DNA of 64,000 nt from assembly GCA_963762545.1 (NCBI GenBank), contig CAVXLC010000002.1, forward strand, positions 1,120,356-1,184,355. Reading direction: 5' to 3'. Positions 31,250 to 40,558 of the stretch are shown one piece after another. The notes under the pieces are model-generated. The model searched no databases, was not told the origin of the DNA, and was given only the letters and a program-made list of their open reading frames with translations. This DNA comes from an uncultured Gemmatimonadales bacterium (GTDB lineage Bacteria; Gemmatimonadota; Gemmatimonadetes; Gemmatimonadales; GWC2-71-9). The translations under genes were made by a program, and so were the position numbers. Numbering within the stretch: position 1 is the first letter of the stretch; each line of letters begins with the position of its first letter.

Positions 31250-32491
31250 ATGCCGCGGCGGGTCGTCGTCACCGGCCTCGGGCTCGTCACGCCCGTGGGC
31301 CTGACGGTTTCGGAAACCTGGGAGAGCCTCCTCGCCGGCAAGTCCGGCGCGGCGCCGATCACCAAGTTCGACCCGAGCCGGCTACAGGTGCGGTTCGCCT
31401 GCGAGGTGAAAGGCTTCGACCCCCTGGCCTACCTCGAGCGCAAGGAGGCCAAGCGAATGGATCTCTTCGCCCAGTTCGCCATGGCCGCCTCCCACCAGGC
31501 GGTGACCCACGCCGGGCTGGAGGGACGCTTTCCGGTGCCGGAACGGACCGGGGTCATCATCGGCAGCGGCATCGGCGGCATGATGACGTTCGAGGAACAG
31601 TGCCTCATCTATCTGCAGAAGGGCCCCGACCGGGTGTCGCCCTTCTTCGTGCCGATGTTCATTCCGGACATCGCCTCGGGGCACGTCTCCATCCGGTATG
31701 GCCTCAAGGGCCCCAATTTCTGCACGGTGTCGGCCTGCTCCTCCTCGGCCCACGCCATCGGTGAATCGTACGAGCTGATCCGATCGGGCACGGCGGACTG
31801 CATGGTCACCGGCGGCTCCGAGGCGGCTATCACCGGGATCACCATCGCCGGGTTCCAGAACATGAAGGCGCTCTCCACCCGGAATGACGCGCCGACGCTC
31901 GCGAGCCGGCCCTTCGACCGGGACCGGGACGGCTTCGTGCTGGCCGACGGCGGGGCGGTGGTCGTGCTCGAGAGCCTGGAACACGCCATGGCACGCGGCG
32001 CCACGATCCTGGGCGAGGTGATGGGCTACGGCATGAGCGCCGACGCCAATCACATCACGGCGCCCGCGCCCGATGGCGACGGCGCCCGGCGCGCCATGCT
32101 CGCGTGTCTCGCGGACGGGGGCATCGCTCCCACGAGCATCGGCTACATCAACGCACACGGTACGTCCACCCAGCTGGGCGACATCGCCGAGACCACGGCG
32201 GTGAAGGCGGTCTTCGGCAGCCACGTCCGGAGGCTGATCTTCGCATCGACCAAGTCGATGACCGGACATCTGCTGGGCGGCGCCGGGGCGCTGGAGTTCG
32301 TCGTATCGCTCCTGGTGGCCACCACCGGGAAGGTGCCGCCTACCATCAATCAGTTCACTCCCGACCCGGAGTGCGACCTCGACTGCGCGCCGAACCACAT
32401 GGTGGAGCGCCAGGTGGACGTCGCCCTCTCCAATTCCTTCGGCTTCGGCGGCCACAACGTCACGCTGGCAGTGCGCCGCTTCGTGGCCTGA
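31250..32491 (+). CDS. fabF: 3-oxoacyl-ACP synthase II
   Basis: RRVVVTGLG, TVSACSSSAHAIG, INAHGTSTQLGD and NSFGFGGHN motifs. Confidence 0.95.
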   Translation: MPRRVVVTGLGLVTPVGLTVSETWESLLAGKSGAAPITKFDPSRLQVRFACEVKGFDPLAYLERKEAKRMDLFAQFAMAASHQAVTHAGLEGRFPVPERTGVIIGSGIGGMMTFEEQCLIYLQKGPDRVSPFFVPMFIPDIASGHVSIRYGLKGPNFCTVSACSSSAHAIGESYELIRSGTADCMVTGGSEAAITGITIAGFQNMKALSTRNDAPTLASRPFDRDRDGFVLADGGAVVVLESLEHAMARGATILGEVMGYGMSADANHITAPAPDGDGARRAMLACLADGGIAPTSIGYINAHGTSTQLGDIAETTAVKAVFGSHVRRLIFASTKSMTGHLLGGAGALEFVVSLLVATTGKVPPTINQFTPDPECDLDCAPNHMVERQVDVALSNSFGFGGHNVTLAVRRFVA

Positions 32492-32505
32492 CCGGTCGCC
32501 GCCCC

Positions 32506-35217
32506 ATGTCATCCCAGCCCTCCTCGCCCCTGCCTGGGGGAGGGTCGCGTTCCTCCGGGCCGGCCGGCCCGCGCGGCTTCAGCCTGCAGTTCCTGGTGGG
32601 GACCTATTTCATCCTCGCCGCCGCCGTCCTCATCGTGCCGGGCCTGCTCCTGGCCGAACGATCGCTGCGCCAGCGACTCCAGGCCGAGCGGTTGGCGGCG
32701 CTGGCATCCGCCATGAGCGGGGTGGTGTCCGGCATCCACGCCCGGGTCGCCGCCGCCGAGGCGCGGGTGATCCGGTTCTCCAAGCTGGTTTCCGCGGAGG
32801 GGGCTCGGGGCGACCCCTCGCGGGCCAGGGATTTCGACCGAATCGTCGTGCGAGACCCCGACGGCGCCTGGCGCTCCCGGAAGGCGTTGTTCGATCCCGC
32901 CGTGCAGGCGGGGATCTTTCTCCCCAAGACCACCGCACTCGACCCTGTCTTCAAGACGTTTCTGTTCCGTGCCAAGCGGGTGACCGAGCAGTTCGGCGCC
33001 GGGGCCCTCGACCCAACCCTGGCGGACGCCTGGATCAGCCCCGACGAGGGCGGCCAGGTGATGTACGTGCCGGATCAGCCGACGTTCGTCTGGGAGCTCT
33101 CGGCCACCGAGGACTATCACCAGACCGACTGGATGCGGCTGGCGCACCCCTCGGTCAATCCGACCGGTGCGCCGCGCTGGGCCGACCCGTATCACAGCAT
33201 CAAGACCGACGCGTGGTTCGTGAGCGTGGTGGCGCCGTTCGTCCGGGCCGGACGCTGGGGCGGATCGGTCGGGCAGGACCTGAGCTGGCCGGAGCTGGTG
33301 GATTACAGCGCCCGGACTCCGTTCGAGGCGGGCGGACGCTTCCTCATCATCGGGAGCAATGGCGGGGTGCTGCTGGCCGACAGCAACACCGCGCGGAAGC
33401 CGTCGCGGCCCGAGGGCCGGATGCTCAAGGACCTCGTGGATCTCGAGCTTCGCGACACCCTCACCCGGCTGCTCGCCCACGGCTCCGCCGGCGAGGGGAC
33501 CCCGGTGCCGAGACTCACCCGGACGTCCCAGGAGTACGTGCTCTGGGCGGCGATTCCCAGGACCGGATGGCTGGTCGCGAGCGTTCTCCCGGCCGCCTCG
33601 GTCGAAGCGCCGATTCGAGCGCCGATCCGGGCCATGCGGTTCGCCGTGCTGTTCGGGCTGGGCGTGTTGCTCGTGGCCTCCCTCCTCGCGATCACCCGGG
33701 AAATCCGACGCCGCAAGAAGATCGAGGAGGAGATCAGCCGCGCGGAAGAGCGGTTCCGGAGCCTGTTTCAGCTGAGCCCCGACGGCGTCGGGGTCACGCT
33801 CCTGGATACCGGCACCCTGATCGAGGCCAACGACAGCTTCGTGAGCATCCTGGGCTACACCCGGGAGGAAATGCGGGAGCGGTCCATGCTGCAGCTGGGC
33901 GTCTGGGCCCGCCCGGAACAGCGTGAAGAGGTCTTTGCCATCGTGCGCCAGGCCGGCGTCTGCCGGAATTTTCCGGTGCTCATCCGCCGGAAGGACGGCC
34001 GCCAGCGGGAAGTCGAATTCACCGGACGCCTCTTCGATGTCGAAGGCGAGCCCTGCCTGCTGTCGATCATTCGCGACGTCGAGGATCAGCGGACGCTGGA
34101 GCGCCAGCTCGCCAATGCGCAGAAGATGGAGGCCATCGGGCGGCTCGCGGGCGGCGTGGCGCACGATTTCAACAACATCATGACCGCGGTGATGGGATAC
34201 GCCCAGATCGCATCCGAGTCGCTGCCGCCGGACGCTCCGGCCGGGGAGGACCTCAAGGAGATCCTCCGGGCGGCGGGCCGCGCCTCGGAGCTCACCCGTC
34301 AACTGCTGGCCTTCGCGCGACGCCAGGTGACCCAGCCCCGGCCGGTCAGCCTCAATGCCCTGGTGCTGGAAACCCGCAAACTGCTGGAGCGCCTGCTGGG
34401 GGAGGACATCGTCCTGGTCACCGAGCTGTCACAGCCCCTGCCGCCGGTGCAGGTCGACCCGGGGCAGATCGAGCAGGTTCTCATGAATCTGGCGGTCAAC
34501 GCCCGGGACGCGATGCCCAAGGGTGGCTCGCTGACCATCGCCACCGGCGTGCTCCGGGGCGACGTGGTGCTGGACGTGGCCGACACCGGCGTCGGGATTC
34601 CCGCGGAGCAGCAGGCCTCCATCTTCGAGCCGTTCTTCACCACCAAGGAACATGGGAAGGGTACCGGTCTCGGACTGGCCACCTGCTACGGCATCGTGCG
34701 GCAGGCCGGAGGCCGGATCGAGGTCAGCAGCGAGCCTGGCGCGGGAACCCGCTTCCGGGTCCTGCTCCCGGCGCTTCCGGAAGGGACGCTGCCGATGCAC
34801 ACGCCGTCCCACGGCACCCGGATCGACTCGCTGGCGCCGCGCGGCGGCGAGACGGTGCTGCTGGCGGAAGACGAGCCGCAGGTGCGCCAGCTCGCGCTCC
34901 GGCTGCTTCGCGGTCTCGGATACCGGGTGCTGGTGGCCGAGAGCGGTGAGGATGCGCTGGCCCTGGCCCAGGGCACGCCCGAGCGAATCGACGCCCTCGT
35001 CACCGATGTGGTGATGCCCGGCATCACCGGCGAAGAGCTTGCGGGGCAGCTGCGGCTCACCCGGCCCGACCTCCGGGTGCTGTTCATCTCGGGTTATGCC
35101 GAAGACTCCGACGCCATCGAACGGGCGCTCCGGGAAGGAGATGCGTTCCTCCCCAAGCCGTTTACCGCGAGCAGTCTGGCCCGACACGTTCGGGAGGTGC
35201 TCGACCGGCCGGGATGA
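32506..35217 (+). CDS. hybrid sensor histidine kinase/response regulator with a periplasmic Cache-like domain, PAS, HisKA, HATPase and a C-terminal receiver
   Basis: Two TM segments flank a ~300-aa extracytoplasmic domain. The PAS domain includes [14 protein letters not shown]. The H-box is [17 protein letters not shown], the N/G boxes are [10 protein letters not shown] and DTGVGIP...GTGLGLA, and the receiver domain includes VLLAEDEP...[11 protein letters not shown]. Confidence 0.88.
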   Translation: MSSQPSSPLPGGGSRSSGPAGPRGFSLQFLVGTYFILAAAVLIVPGLLLAERSLRQRLQAERLAALASAMSGVVSGIHARVAAAEARVIRFSKLVSAEGARGDPSRARDFDRIVVRDPDGAWRSRKALFDPAVQAGIFLPKTTALDPVFKTFLFRAKRVTEQFGAGALDPTLADAWISPDEGGQVMYVPDQPTFVWELSATEDYHQTDWMRLAHPSVNPTGAPRWADPYHSIKTDAWFVSVVAPFVRAGRWGGSVGQDLSWPELVDYSARTPFEAGGRFLIIGSNGGVLLADSNTARKPSRPEGRMLKDLVDLELRDTLTRLLAHGSAGEGTPVPRLTRTSQEYVLWAAIPRTGWLVASVLPAASVEAPIRAPIRAMRFAVLFGLGVLLVASLLAITREIRRRKKIEEEISRAEERFRSLFQLSPDGVGVTLLDTGTLIEANDSFVSILGYTREEMRERSMLQLGVWARPEQREEVFAIVRQAGVCRNFPVLIRRKDGRQREVEFTGRLFDVEGEPCLLSIIRDVEDQRTLERQLANAQKMEAIGRLAGGVAHDFNNIMTAVMGYAQIASESLPPDAPAGEDLKEILRAAGRASELTRQLLAFARRQVTQPRPVSLNALVLETRKLLERLLGEDIVLVTELSQPLPPVQVDPGQIEQVLMNLAVNARDAMPKGGSLTIATGVLRGDVVLDVADTGVGIPAEQQASIFEPFFTTKEHGKGTGLGLATCYGIVRQAGGRIEVSSEPGAGTRFRVLLPALPEGTLPMHTPSHGTRIDSLAPRGGETVLLAEDEPQVRQLALRLLRGLGYRVLVAESGEDALALAQGTPERIDALVTDVVMPGITGEELAGQLRLTRPDLRVLFISGYAEDSDAIERALREGDAFLPKPFTASSLARHVREVLDRPG

Positions 35218-35436
35218 TTCCCTTCGCAAGCCTCTGGCGAGCCCCGCACGTAAACCATCCTAATTCGTCCGACCATCACTGGGCCTTGTCGGAGCGGCGG
35301 GTCCTGTGCCTGGGCGTAGGCATCGGGCCGCGCCGCCTTCCCCGGGTCAGGGACCTCCTCAATACTATGCTCCTGGAGCCCTCGAACGCTCAGCCGGGAC
35401 AGCAAGGCCCCGAACGAGCCGACCCAGCCCTGGCGC

Positions 35437-35455
35437 GTTCCTCGCTAGGAGGAAC
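35437..35455 (+). promoter_or_regulatory. hairpin GTTCCTC-gctag-GAGGAAC that contains the AGGAGG Shine-Dalgarno sequence of the downstream uORF
   Basis: A perfect 7-bp inverted repeat read directly. The AGGAGG at 35447-35452 lies in the loop and 3' arm. Confidence 0.45.
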
Positions 35456-35459
35456 ACGG

Positions 35460-35555
35460 ATGCCACACCTCGGGTGCAGCGAATGGCACGGAGGCGGGAT
35501 GCCCGAGCCCTTGCCCGCGCCAGGACGCCAAGGGGACATTTCCTCTACCAGATGA
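35460..35555 (+). CDS. candidate 31-codon upstream ORF / leader peptide (MPHLGCSEWHGGGMPEPLPAPGRQGDISSTR)
   Basis: ATG lies 7 nt after a perfect AGGAGG. The stop TGA (35553-35555) overlaps the ATGATG start of the GT-C gene, which has no SD of its own. Confidence 0.35.
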   Translation: MPHLGCSEWHGGGMPEPLPAPGRQGDISSTR

Positions 35556-37471
35556 TGACGACGATCGCATTGGCGCTCACGGTGCTGGCCACCCTGGCTC
35601 TCTCCATCCTGATCCTGGCGGAGGGAGGCTCGCAGGTCCAGAGGTCTCCGAGCTGGCGGGGACTCGCCCTCTCGATGGCCATCGTGAACGGCCTCCTGCT
35701 GGTTCTGGTCGCCGAGGTACTGAGCGCGCTCGGCCGCCTCGAATTCGGCTGGACGCTCGCCACGTGGGCCCTGCTTGGGACGATTCAGATCCCGCGCTGG
35801 CGACGCCTCATCGGGAGGCTCCGCGGCTCCCGAGCGCCCTCGGCGCCATTCAGCAGGATCGAGATCGCGCTGATCGTTCCAGTCCTGGCCATCGTCATCT
35901 GCACCGGTGTGATCGCCCTGGCTTCGGCGCCGAACTCGTGGGATTCCCTCACCTACCACCTGAGCCGGGTCGCCCACTGGAAGCAGAACGGCTCCGTGGC
36001 ATTCTTCCCGACCTCGATCGAGCGGCAGCTGTCCTTCCCGCCCTTCGCGGAATATGCCATCCTGAACCTGCAATTACTGACCGGTGGTGATCGATTCGCG
36101 GCGTTGGTGCAATGGCTGAGCTTCATCGGCACGCTGGTGGGCGTCTCTCTTGTCGCCGCGGAGTTCGGCGCGAGTCGGCTGGGACAGATCGTGGCGGTGC
36201 TCTTCGCCGCGACCCTGCCGATCGCGATCCTCGAGGCGTCGAGTACCCAGAACGACTTGGTGGTCTCGTTCTGGGTCGTCTGTTTCGCCTACTTCTCGAT
36301 CGCATTTGTCAGTCGCCGCTCCCGATTCGACGCGGCGGCCGCCAGTGGCGCCCTGGGCCTCGCGCTCCTTACCAAGGCGACTGCCTACCTGCTGGTTCCC
36401 GGGTTTGCGATTGGATTCCTGATTGCGGGTCTCCGCCGGCATCGACTCCGGTTCCTTCCTCTGACGCTCGGTGGGCTGATCCTGGCCGCTGGTGTGCCGG
36501 CGGCGTTCTACGCTCGCAACGTCACTACGTATGGGGAGGCTGTCGGCAGTGCCCACAATCGGGCATCCCTTACCCACAACAGGATTCGGCTCGCATCCCT
36601 GGTTTCGAGGCTCCTCCGCGGCGCCGCCCTCCATGCAAGCGCGCCCCCGGACCGCCTGCGGCTGCCCGAACGAGCCTCGGCTCTCGTCGAAAGCATCGAG
36701 CGGCGCATGCTTGCATCGGAGTCGGTCAAGCCGCTCGGCGCTCCCGATTGGAGATACACGATGTCACGCGAGGATCGGGCCGGGGCTCCCCTGCATTTCC
36801 TGATCGCCCTCGTGGTGCTTGGCGCGCTCGGCATCATGGCGCGCGCGTGGCGGATACCCGCGCTGGCCTCGTGGCATGGGTTCGGCTTGGTCGTCGGGGT
36901 CATCGTGCTCGCCGGCATTCTCCGATGGAACGTCTATATGGTCCGATTCCACATGAGCCTATTCCTTCTCGGCGCACCGCTGGTTGGGCTGGTGGCCTCG
37001 CGAATGAAGCGGCCCCGGATCGTCGTTGGAGTTTCTGTCCTGCTCCTTCTGGCAAGCGTCTATCCGCTCCTCTGGAATCAACTCCGCCCGGTGCTCGGCC
37101 CGAAGAGTGTCTTCCACGTCAGTCGTCGAGAGCAGTATGTCGGGGAATTGAACCGAGAGATGCGGAACGACATGCTCGCGACAATCGACTACCTGAAGAC
37201 GCGACAGGACGCCGTGATCGGTCTTCAATTGGGACATGAGAGTCCCGAGTATCTGTACTGGGTCCTTCTCCCCGAAGTTGCCGCGGGCCGGACCCGCCTG
37301 TGTCACGTGAATGTGTCGAATGGGAGCCAGAGGTTCCAGTCATCCGAGGAATGCCGTCCTACCGCGATCGTAACAGACATGGCGGGCATCGACGTCTTGA
37401 CCGTGAACGCCGTGCAGTACCGTCGCACATGGCAGAAGGGCGCGCTCGCGGTCTATCTACCTGGGCGATGA
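35552..37471 (+). CDS. GT-C fold membrane glycosyltransferase (ArnT / PMT_2 / family-39-like)
   Basis: About 12 TM segments. The first periplasmic loop carries NSWDSLTYHLSRVAHW, and FPPFAEYAIL and LPIAILEASSTQNDLVVSFW are also present. There is a C-terminal soluble domain. An alternative in-frame ATG at 35483 would add an Arg-rich N-tail. GC is visibly lower than in the core genes. Confidence 0.7.
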   Translation: MMTTIALALTVLATLALSILILAEGGSQVQRSPSWRGLALSMAIVNGLLLVLVAEVLSALGRLEFGWTLATWALLGTIQIPRWRRLIGRLRGSRAPSAPFSRIEIALIVPVLAIVICTGVIALASAPNSWDSLTYHLSRVAHWKQNGSVAFFPTSIERQLSFPPFAEYAILNLQLLTGGDRFAALVQWLSFIGTLVGVSLVAAEFGASRLGQIVAVLFAATLPIAILEASSTQNDLVVSFWVVCFAYFSIAFVSRRSRFDAAAASGALGLALLTKATAYLLVPGFAIGFLIAGLRRHRLRFLPLTLGGLILAAGVPAAFYARNVTTYGEAVGSAHNRASLTHNRIRLASLVSRLLRGAALHASAPPDRLRLPERASALVESIERRMLASESVKPLGAPDWRYTMSREDRAGAPLHFLIALVVLGALGIMARAWRIPALASWHGFGLVVGVIVLAGILRWNVYMVRFHMSLFLLGAPLVGLVASRMKRPRIVVGVSVLLLLASVYPLLWNQLRPVLGPKSVFHVSRREQYVGELNREMRNDMLATIDYLKTRQDAVIGLQLGHESPEYLYWVLLPEVAAGRTRLCHVNVSNGSQRFQSSEECRPTAIVTDMAGIDVLTVNAVQYRRTWQKGALAVYLPGR

Positions 37472-37910
37472 GTTGCGGGCATCGCGGCGAGAGCTGAGGA
37501 CCCACGCCGCAGACTCACCGCCCGTCAGACCAGCACGCAGTCAGGTGGCGTCAGCCCGCGAACGCAACTCGGTCGATTTGGCCCTCTGTGCAGGTGGCCT
37601 CTATTTCCGGCTTGGACCGGTAGGGGTATGAATCGCGCTCCTTCGAACTCGCATCCATTCCGACAGGACGACAAGATCTTCATCACGATCGGAGACTGAG
37701 CGCAGCCTCGGGTGGGCACAGTCTGTTGCGTGAACGCAACGATTCTCGGTTACCCACCGGAATCGTTGCGGGTCGATTGTCGCCCTCCGAGATCTCGATC
37801 CTGTTGCGACACAAGCATTTAGCCAGTAGCATACTGACGGATGAACCGCGGATTGACTCCTGCTTGGATTCCTCGCGTTCAGACGACCTGCGCCTGTCGT
37901 TGTTCATTCC

Positions 37911-39561
37911 TTGAGCCGTCGAGCAGACCATACGATGCCCATTGGTCGGGATAGAATCGGTTCGGAGGCCCGCGCATTCGCGCGGTTCATCGGGGGTCTT
38001 CCCCGGTTTCTCCGGCATCGAATGAGCTACGACGAGGCGCGCGGCATCATCCGGCAGCGTCTGCGCGAACGGGAAGCGAATTTCCTCGCGTCCGTCGAGC
38101 ACGGGGTCTTCGCCAACCAGCGGAGCCCGTACCGCACCATGCTGGACCTGGCCGGATGCGAATTCGGGGATCTGGTCCGATCGGTGCGCGATCACGGAAT
38201 CGAGGACACCCTTCGACATTTGCGCAGGCAGGTGTGTACGTGAGCTTCGAGGAGTTCAAGGGAAGGAAGCCGATCGTGCGAGGCGGACGCATGATTCCGT
38301 CGAAGCGGACGATTTCGACAATCGGCATTTCCGCAAGTACTTCGCGGTCACGACTGGCGGAAGCAGCGGCGCCCCTCGGCGGGTGCTCATGGATCTGACC
38401 TCAATGTCGGCTCGGCTGCCGATCAAGGTCCTCGCCGCCCACTATCACGGACTGGTGGGAACGCCCTGGATCCGGTGGGCGGACATCCCCCCGGGCATCG
38501 GACTGACCGCGAGCCTGACCGACTGGGTTTGTGGAACGCCCCCCGAGCGATGGTTCACCGCCGTCTGGGGCGGCCGCGATGGCACCTCGCGCCGGTTTCG
38601 CGCGGCCACGATCGCCAGCCTCGCGGTCGCGAGGCTCTCTGGAGCGAGGCTGCCGTGGCCGGAGTACCTGCCGCTCGACCGAGCGGTCGAGATCGCGCGG
38701 TTCGCGGAGGCGCTCCTCCGCCGCCACGGCCGCTGCCAGATTCGCGCCGGCGTGAGCCGGCTCCTCCGCGTCGCACTCGCGTCCAAGCACGAAGGGATCG
38801 ACCTCACCGGCGCGGTGCTGCATGGTGGCGGCGAGCCGCCCTCGCCGGCCAAAGTGGCGGGCATCACCTCCACCGGGGGCCGCTTCCTCTCCAGCTATCA
38901 CTTCACCGAAGCGGGGGCGATCGGACACGGCTGTACCACCTCGGACGATCCCAACGACCAGCATTTCATGAAGGATCACCTCGCGATGATCCAGACGCCG
39001 AGGACCGTGCCCGGCTTCGAGGTCGAGGTGCCGGCACTGTCATTCACCACCCTGCTTCCCACCGCGACCAAGCTGCTCCTCAACGTCGAATCGGACGACT
39101 ATGCCGTCGTGGAAACCCGGTCCTGCGGATGCCCCTGGGGAGAGCTCGGCCTGACCGACCATATCAGCGACATCCGGAGTTACGGTAAACTCACCGGAGA
39201 GGGCGTCACCCTGGTCGGGAGCGACGTGGAGCGGATCCTCGAGGAAATCCTCCCCGCCAGATTCGGCGGCTCGCCCCTGGATTACCAGCTGGTCGAGGAG
39301 GAAGATCAGCGGGGGTTCACCCGGCTGATTCTCCGGGTCAGTCCCTCGATCCATCTACCCGATGCGGGCGCTCCCGCCGAGCTCGTGTTCCAGGCGCTGC
39401 ATGCCGATGGCGCGGGCGGCGCGACTTCCGCGTCGAAGTGGAAGCAGGCGGGAACCATCGCGATCCGGCGCGAGGTCCCGCGGCCGACCGCCCGCGGCAA
39501 GCTGCTCCCGCTGCAGCTTCTCAAGTCGGCGCGCCCGGCCTCCGCGGGGAGCGAGCGATGA
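37911..39561 (+). pseudogene. adenylate-forming enzyme (ANL superfamily, PaaK/F390-synthetase-like) interrupted by two -1 frameshifts
   Basis: Three consecutive reading frames carry one continuous protein-like sequence. Frame 0 ends in ...IEDTLRHLRR. Frame 2 reads AGVYVSFEEFKGRKPIVRGG. Frame 1 reads ..ADDFDNRHFRKYFAVTTGGSSGAPRRVLMDL..., which is a P-loop-like T(T/S)GGSSG adenylation motif, and later carries DIRSYGKLTGEGVTLVG. G/C at third codon positions supports each segment in its own frame. Confidence 0.6.
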
Positions 39562-40550
39562 AACCCTGCACCCGGCCTTTCCTGGCGCTCGCACTCGTCT
39601 TGACGGCGTGTGGCCCGGCCAGTGGGGCCGCGCGCGCTCGGGAGGACCGCACCATTCGGGTGGCGATGCATCCCTACCTGAGTTACGCCCCGGTCCTGGT
39701 GGCCAACGAGGAAGGCTATTTCACCGACGAGGGGCTCGACGTCCGGCTGGTCATGCTGGGCCGATCGGACCAGACCCTGGTGGCCATGCTGTCCGGCCAG
39801 GTGGATGTGTGGCCCGGAACGATCACCCCGGGGTTCCTCCGCGCCATCGCCCTCGGCGGCGGTCTCCGGATCGTTGGCGACAAGGGCTATCTGTCCAGAG
39901 AGGGGTGCACCTACGCCGGGATCGTGCTCCGCAAGGGGTTGGCGCCGGGGAACCAGCCGCCCGGCCTCCGAAACTTCAATCACAATCGCGAGGGAGCGAG
40001 TTCATATCTCGCCGGCCTGCTGCTCGCCTCCCGCGGCGTGGATATCGAGCGATTGAAGCTGCTCACCATCCCCGCGGAAGCCGTGCCCGAAGCGCTGGCG
40101 GACAGCGTCCTGGATGCGTCGAGCTCCGCCGAGCCCTACCTGACGCGGGCGGCGCAGGCCGGCTCGCTCTGGATTCGTGCCCAAGACGTCGTGCCCGACT
40201 ACCAGTGGGGGGTGCTGAGCTACGGCGCGCGTCTCCTCACCGAGCGGCGCGATCTCGGGGTGCGCTTCCTGGCGGCGTACCGTCGCGGAGCGGCCCAGGC
40301 GAATCTCGGCAAGACCCCGCACAATCTCGAGGTGCTCTCGCGCGCCACCGGCATGACGCTCGATGAACTCCGCGCCGCGTGCTGGCCCACGTTCCGGGCG
40401 GACGGCCGGATCCGGCTCCAGGACATCCTGGACTACCAGAGCTGGGCGCACGCCCAGCTCTTGCTCGACACCCTCGCGGCGCCGGGCCAGCTCTATGACT
40501 CGAGCTTCGCGGTGGCCAGCGACAGTCTCCTTCGACGCACCAGAAACTAG
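39558..40550 (+). CDS. ABC transporter substrate-binding lipoprotein, NMT1/THI5-like (NitT/TauT family)
   Basis: ATGA overlap with the ligase stop. Lipobox ALVLTAC. IRVAMHPYLSYAPVLVANEEGYFTDEGLDV is typical of SsuA/ThiY-type binding proteins. Confidence 0.75.
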   Translation: MKPCTRPFLALALVLTACGPASGAARAREDRTIRVAMHPYLSYAPVLVANEEGYFTDEGLDVRLVMLGRSDQTLVAMLSGQVDVWPGTITPGFLRAIALGGGLRIVGDKGYLSREGCTYAGIVLRKGLAPGNQPPGLRNFNHNREGASSYLAGLLLASRGVDIERLKLLTIPAEAVPEALADSVLDASSSAEPYLTRAAQAGSLWIRAQDVVPDYQWGVLSYGARLLTERRDLGVRFLAAYRRGAAQANLGKTPHNLEVLSRATGMTLDELRAACWPTFRADGRIRLQDILDYQSWAHAQLLLDTLAAPGQLYDSSFAVASDSLLRRTRN

Positions 40551-40558
40551 GGACTGGC

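Noticed and set aside
37472-37910. A TPP, cobalamin or other riboswitch upstream of the ThiY-like binding protein / TonB-receptor operon.
   Set aside because: I looked for the conserved cores (CUGAGA...ACCUGAUC for TPP, GCCACUG B12 box) on the plus strand and did not find them. Only a covariance-model scan could exclude a divergent element.
37525-38219. Minus-strand ORFs 37525..37719 (64 aa) and 37683..38219 (178 aa) in and next to the low-GC spacer.
   Set aside because: They have no SD, no recognisable domain and unremarkable composition. The longer one is antisense to the clearly protein-like N-terminal part of the ligase gene.
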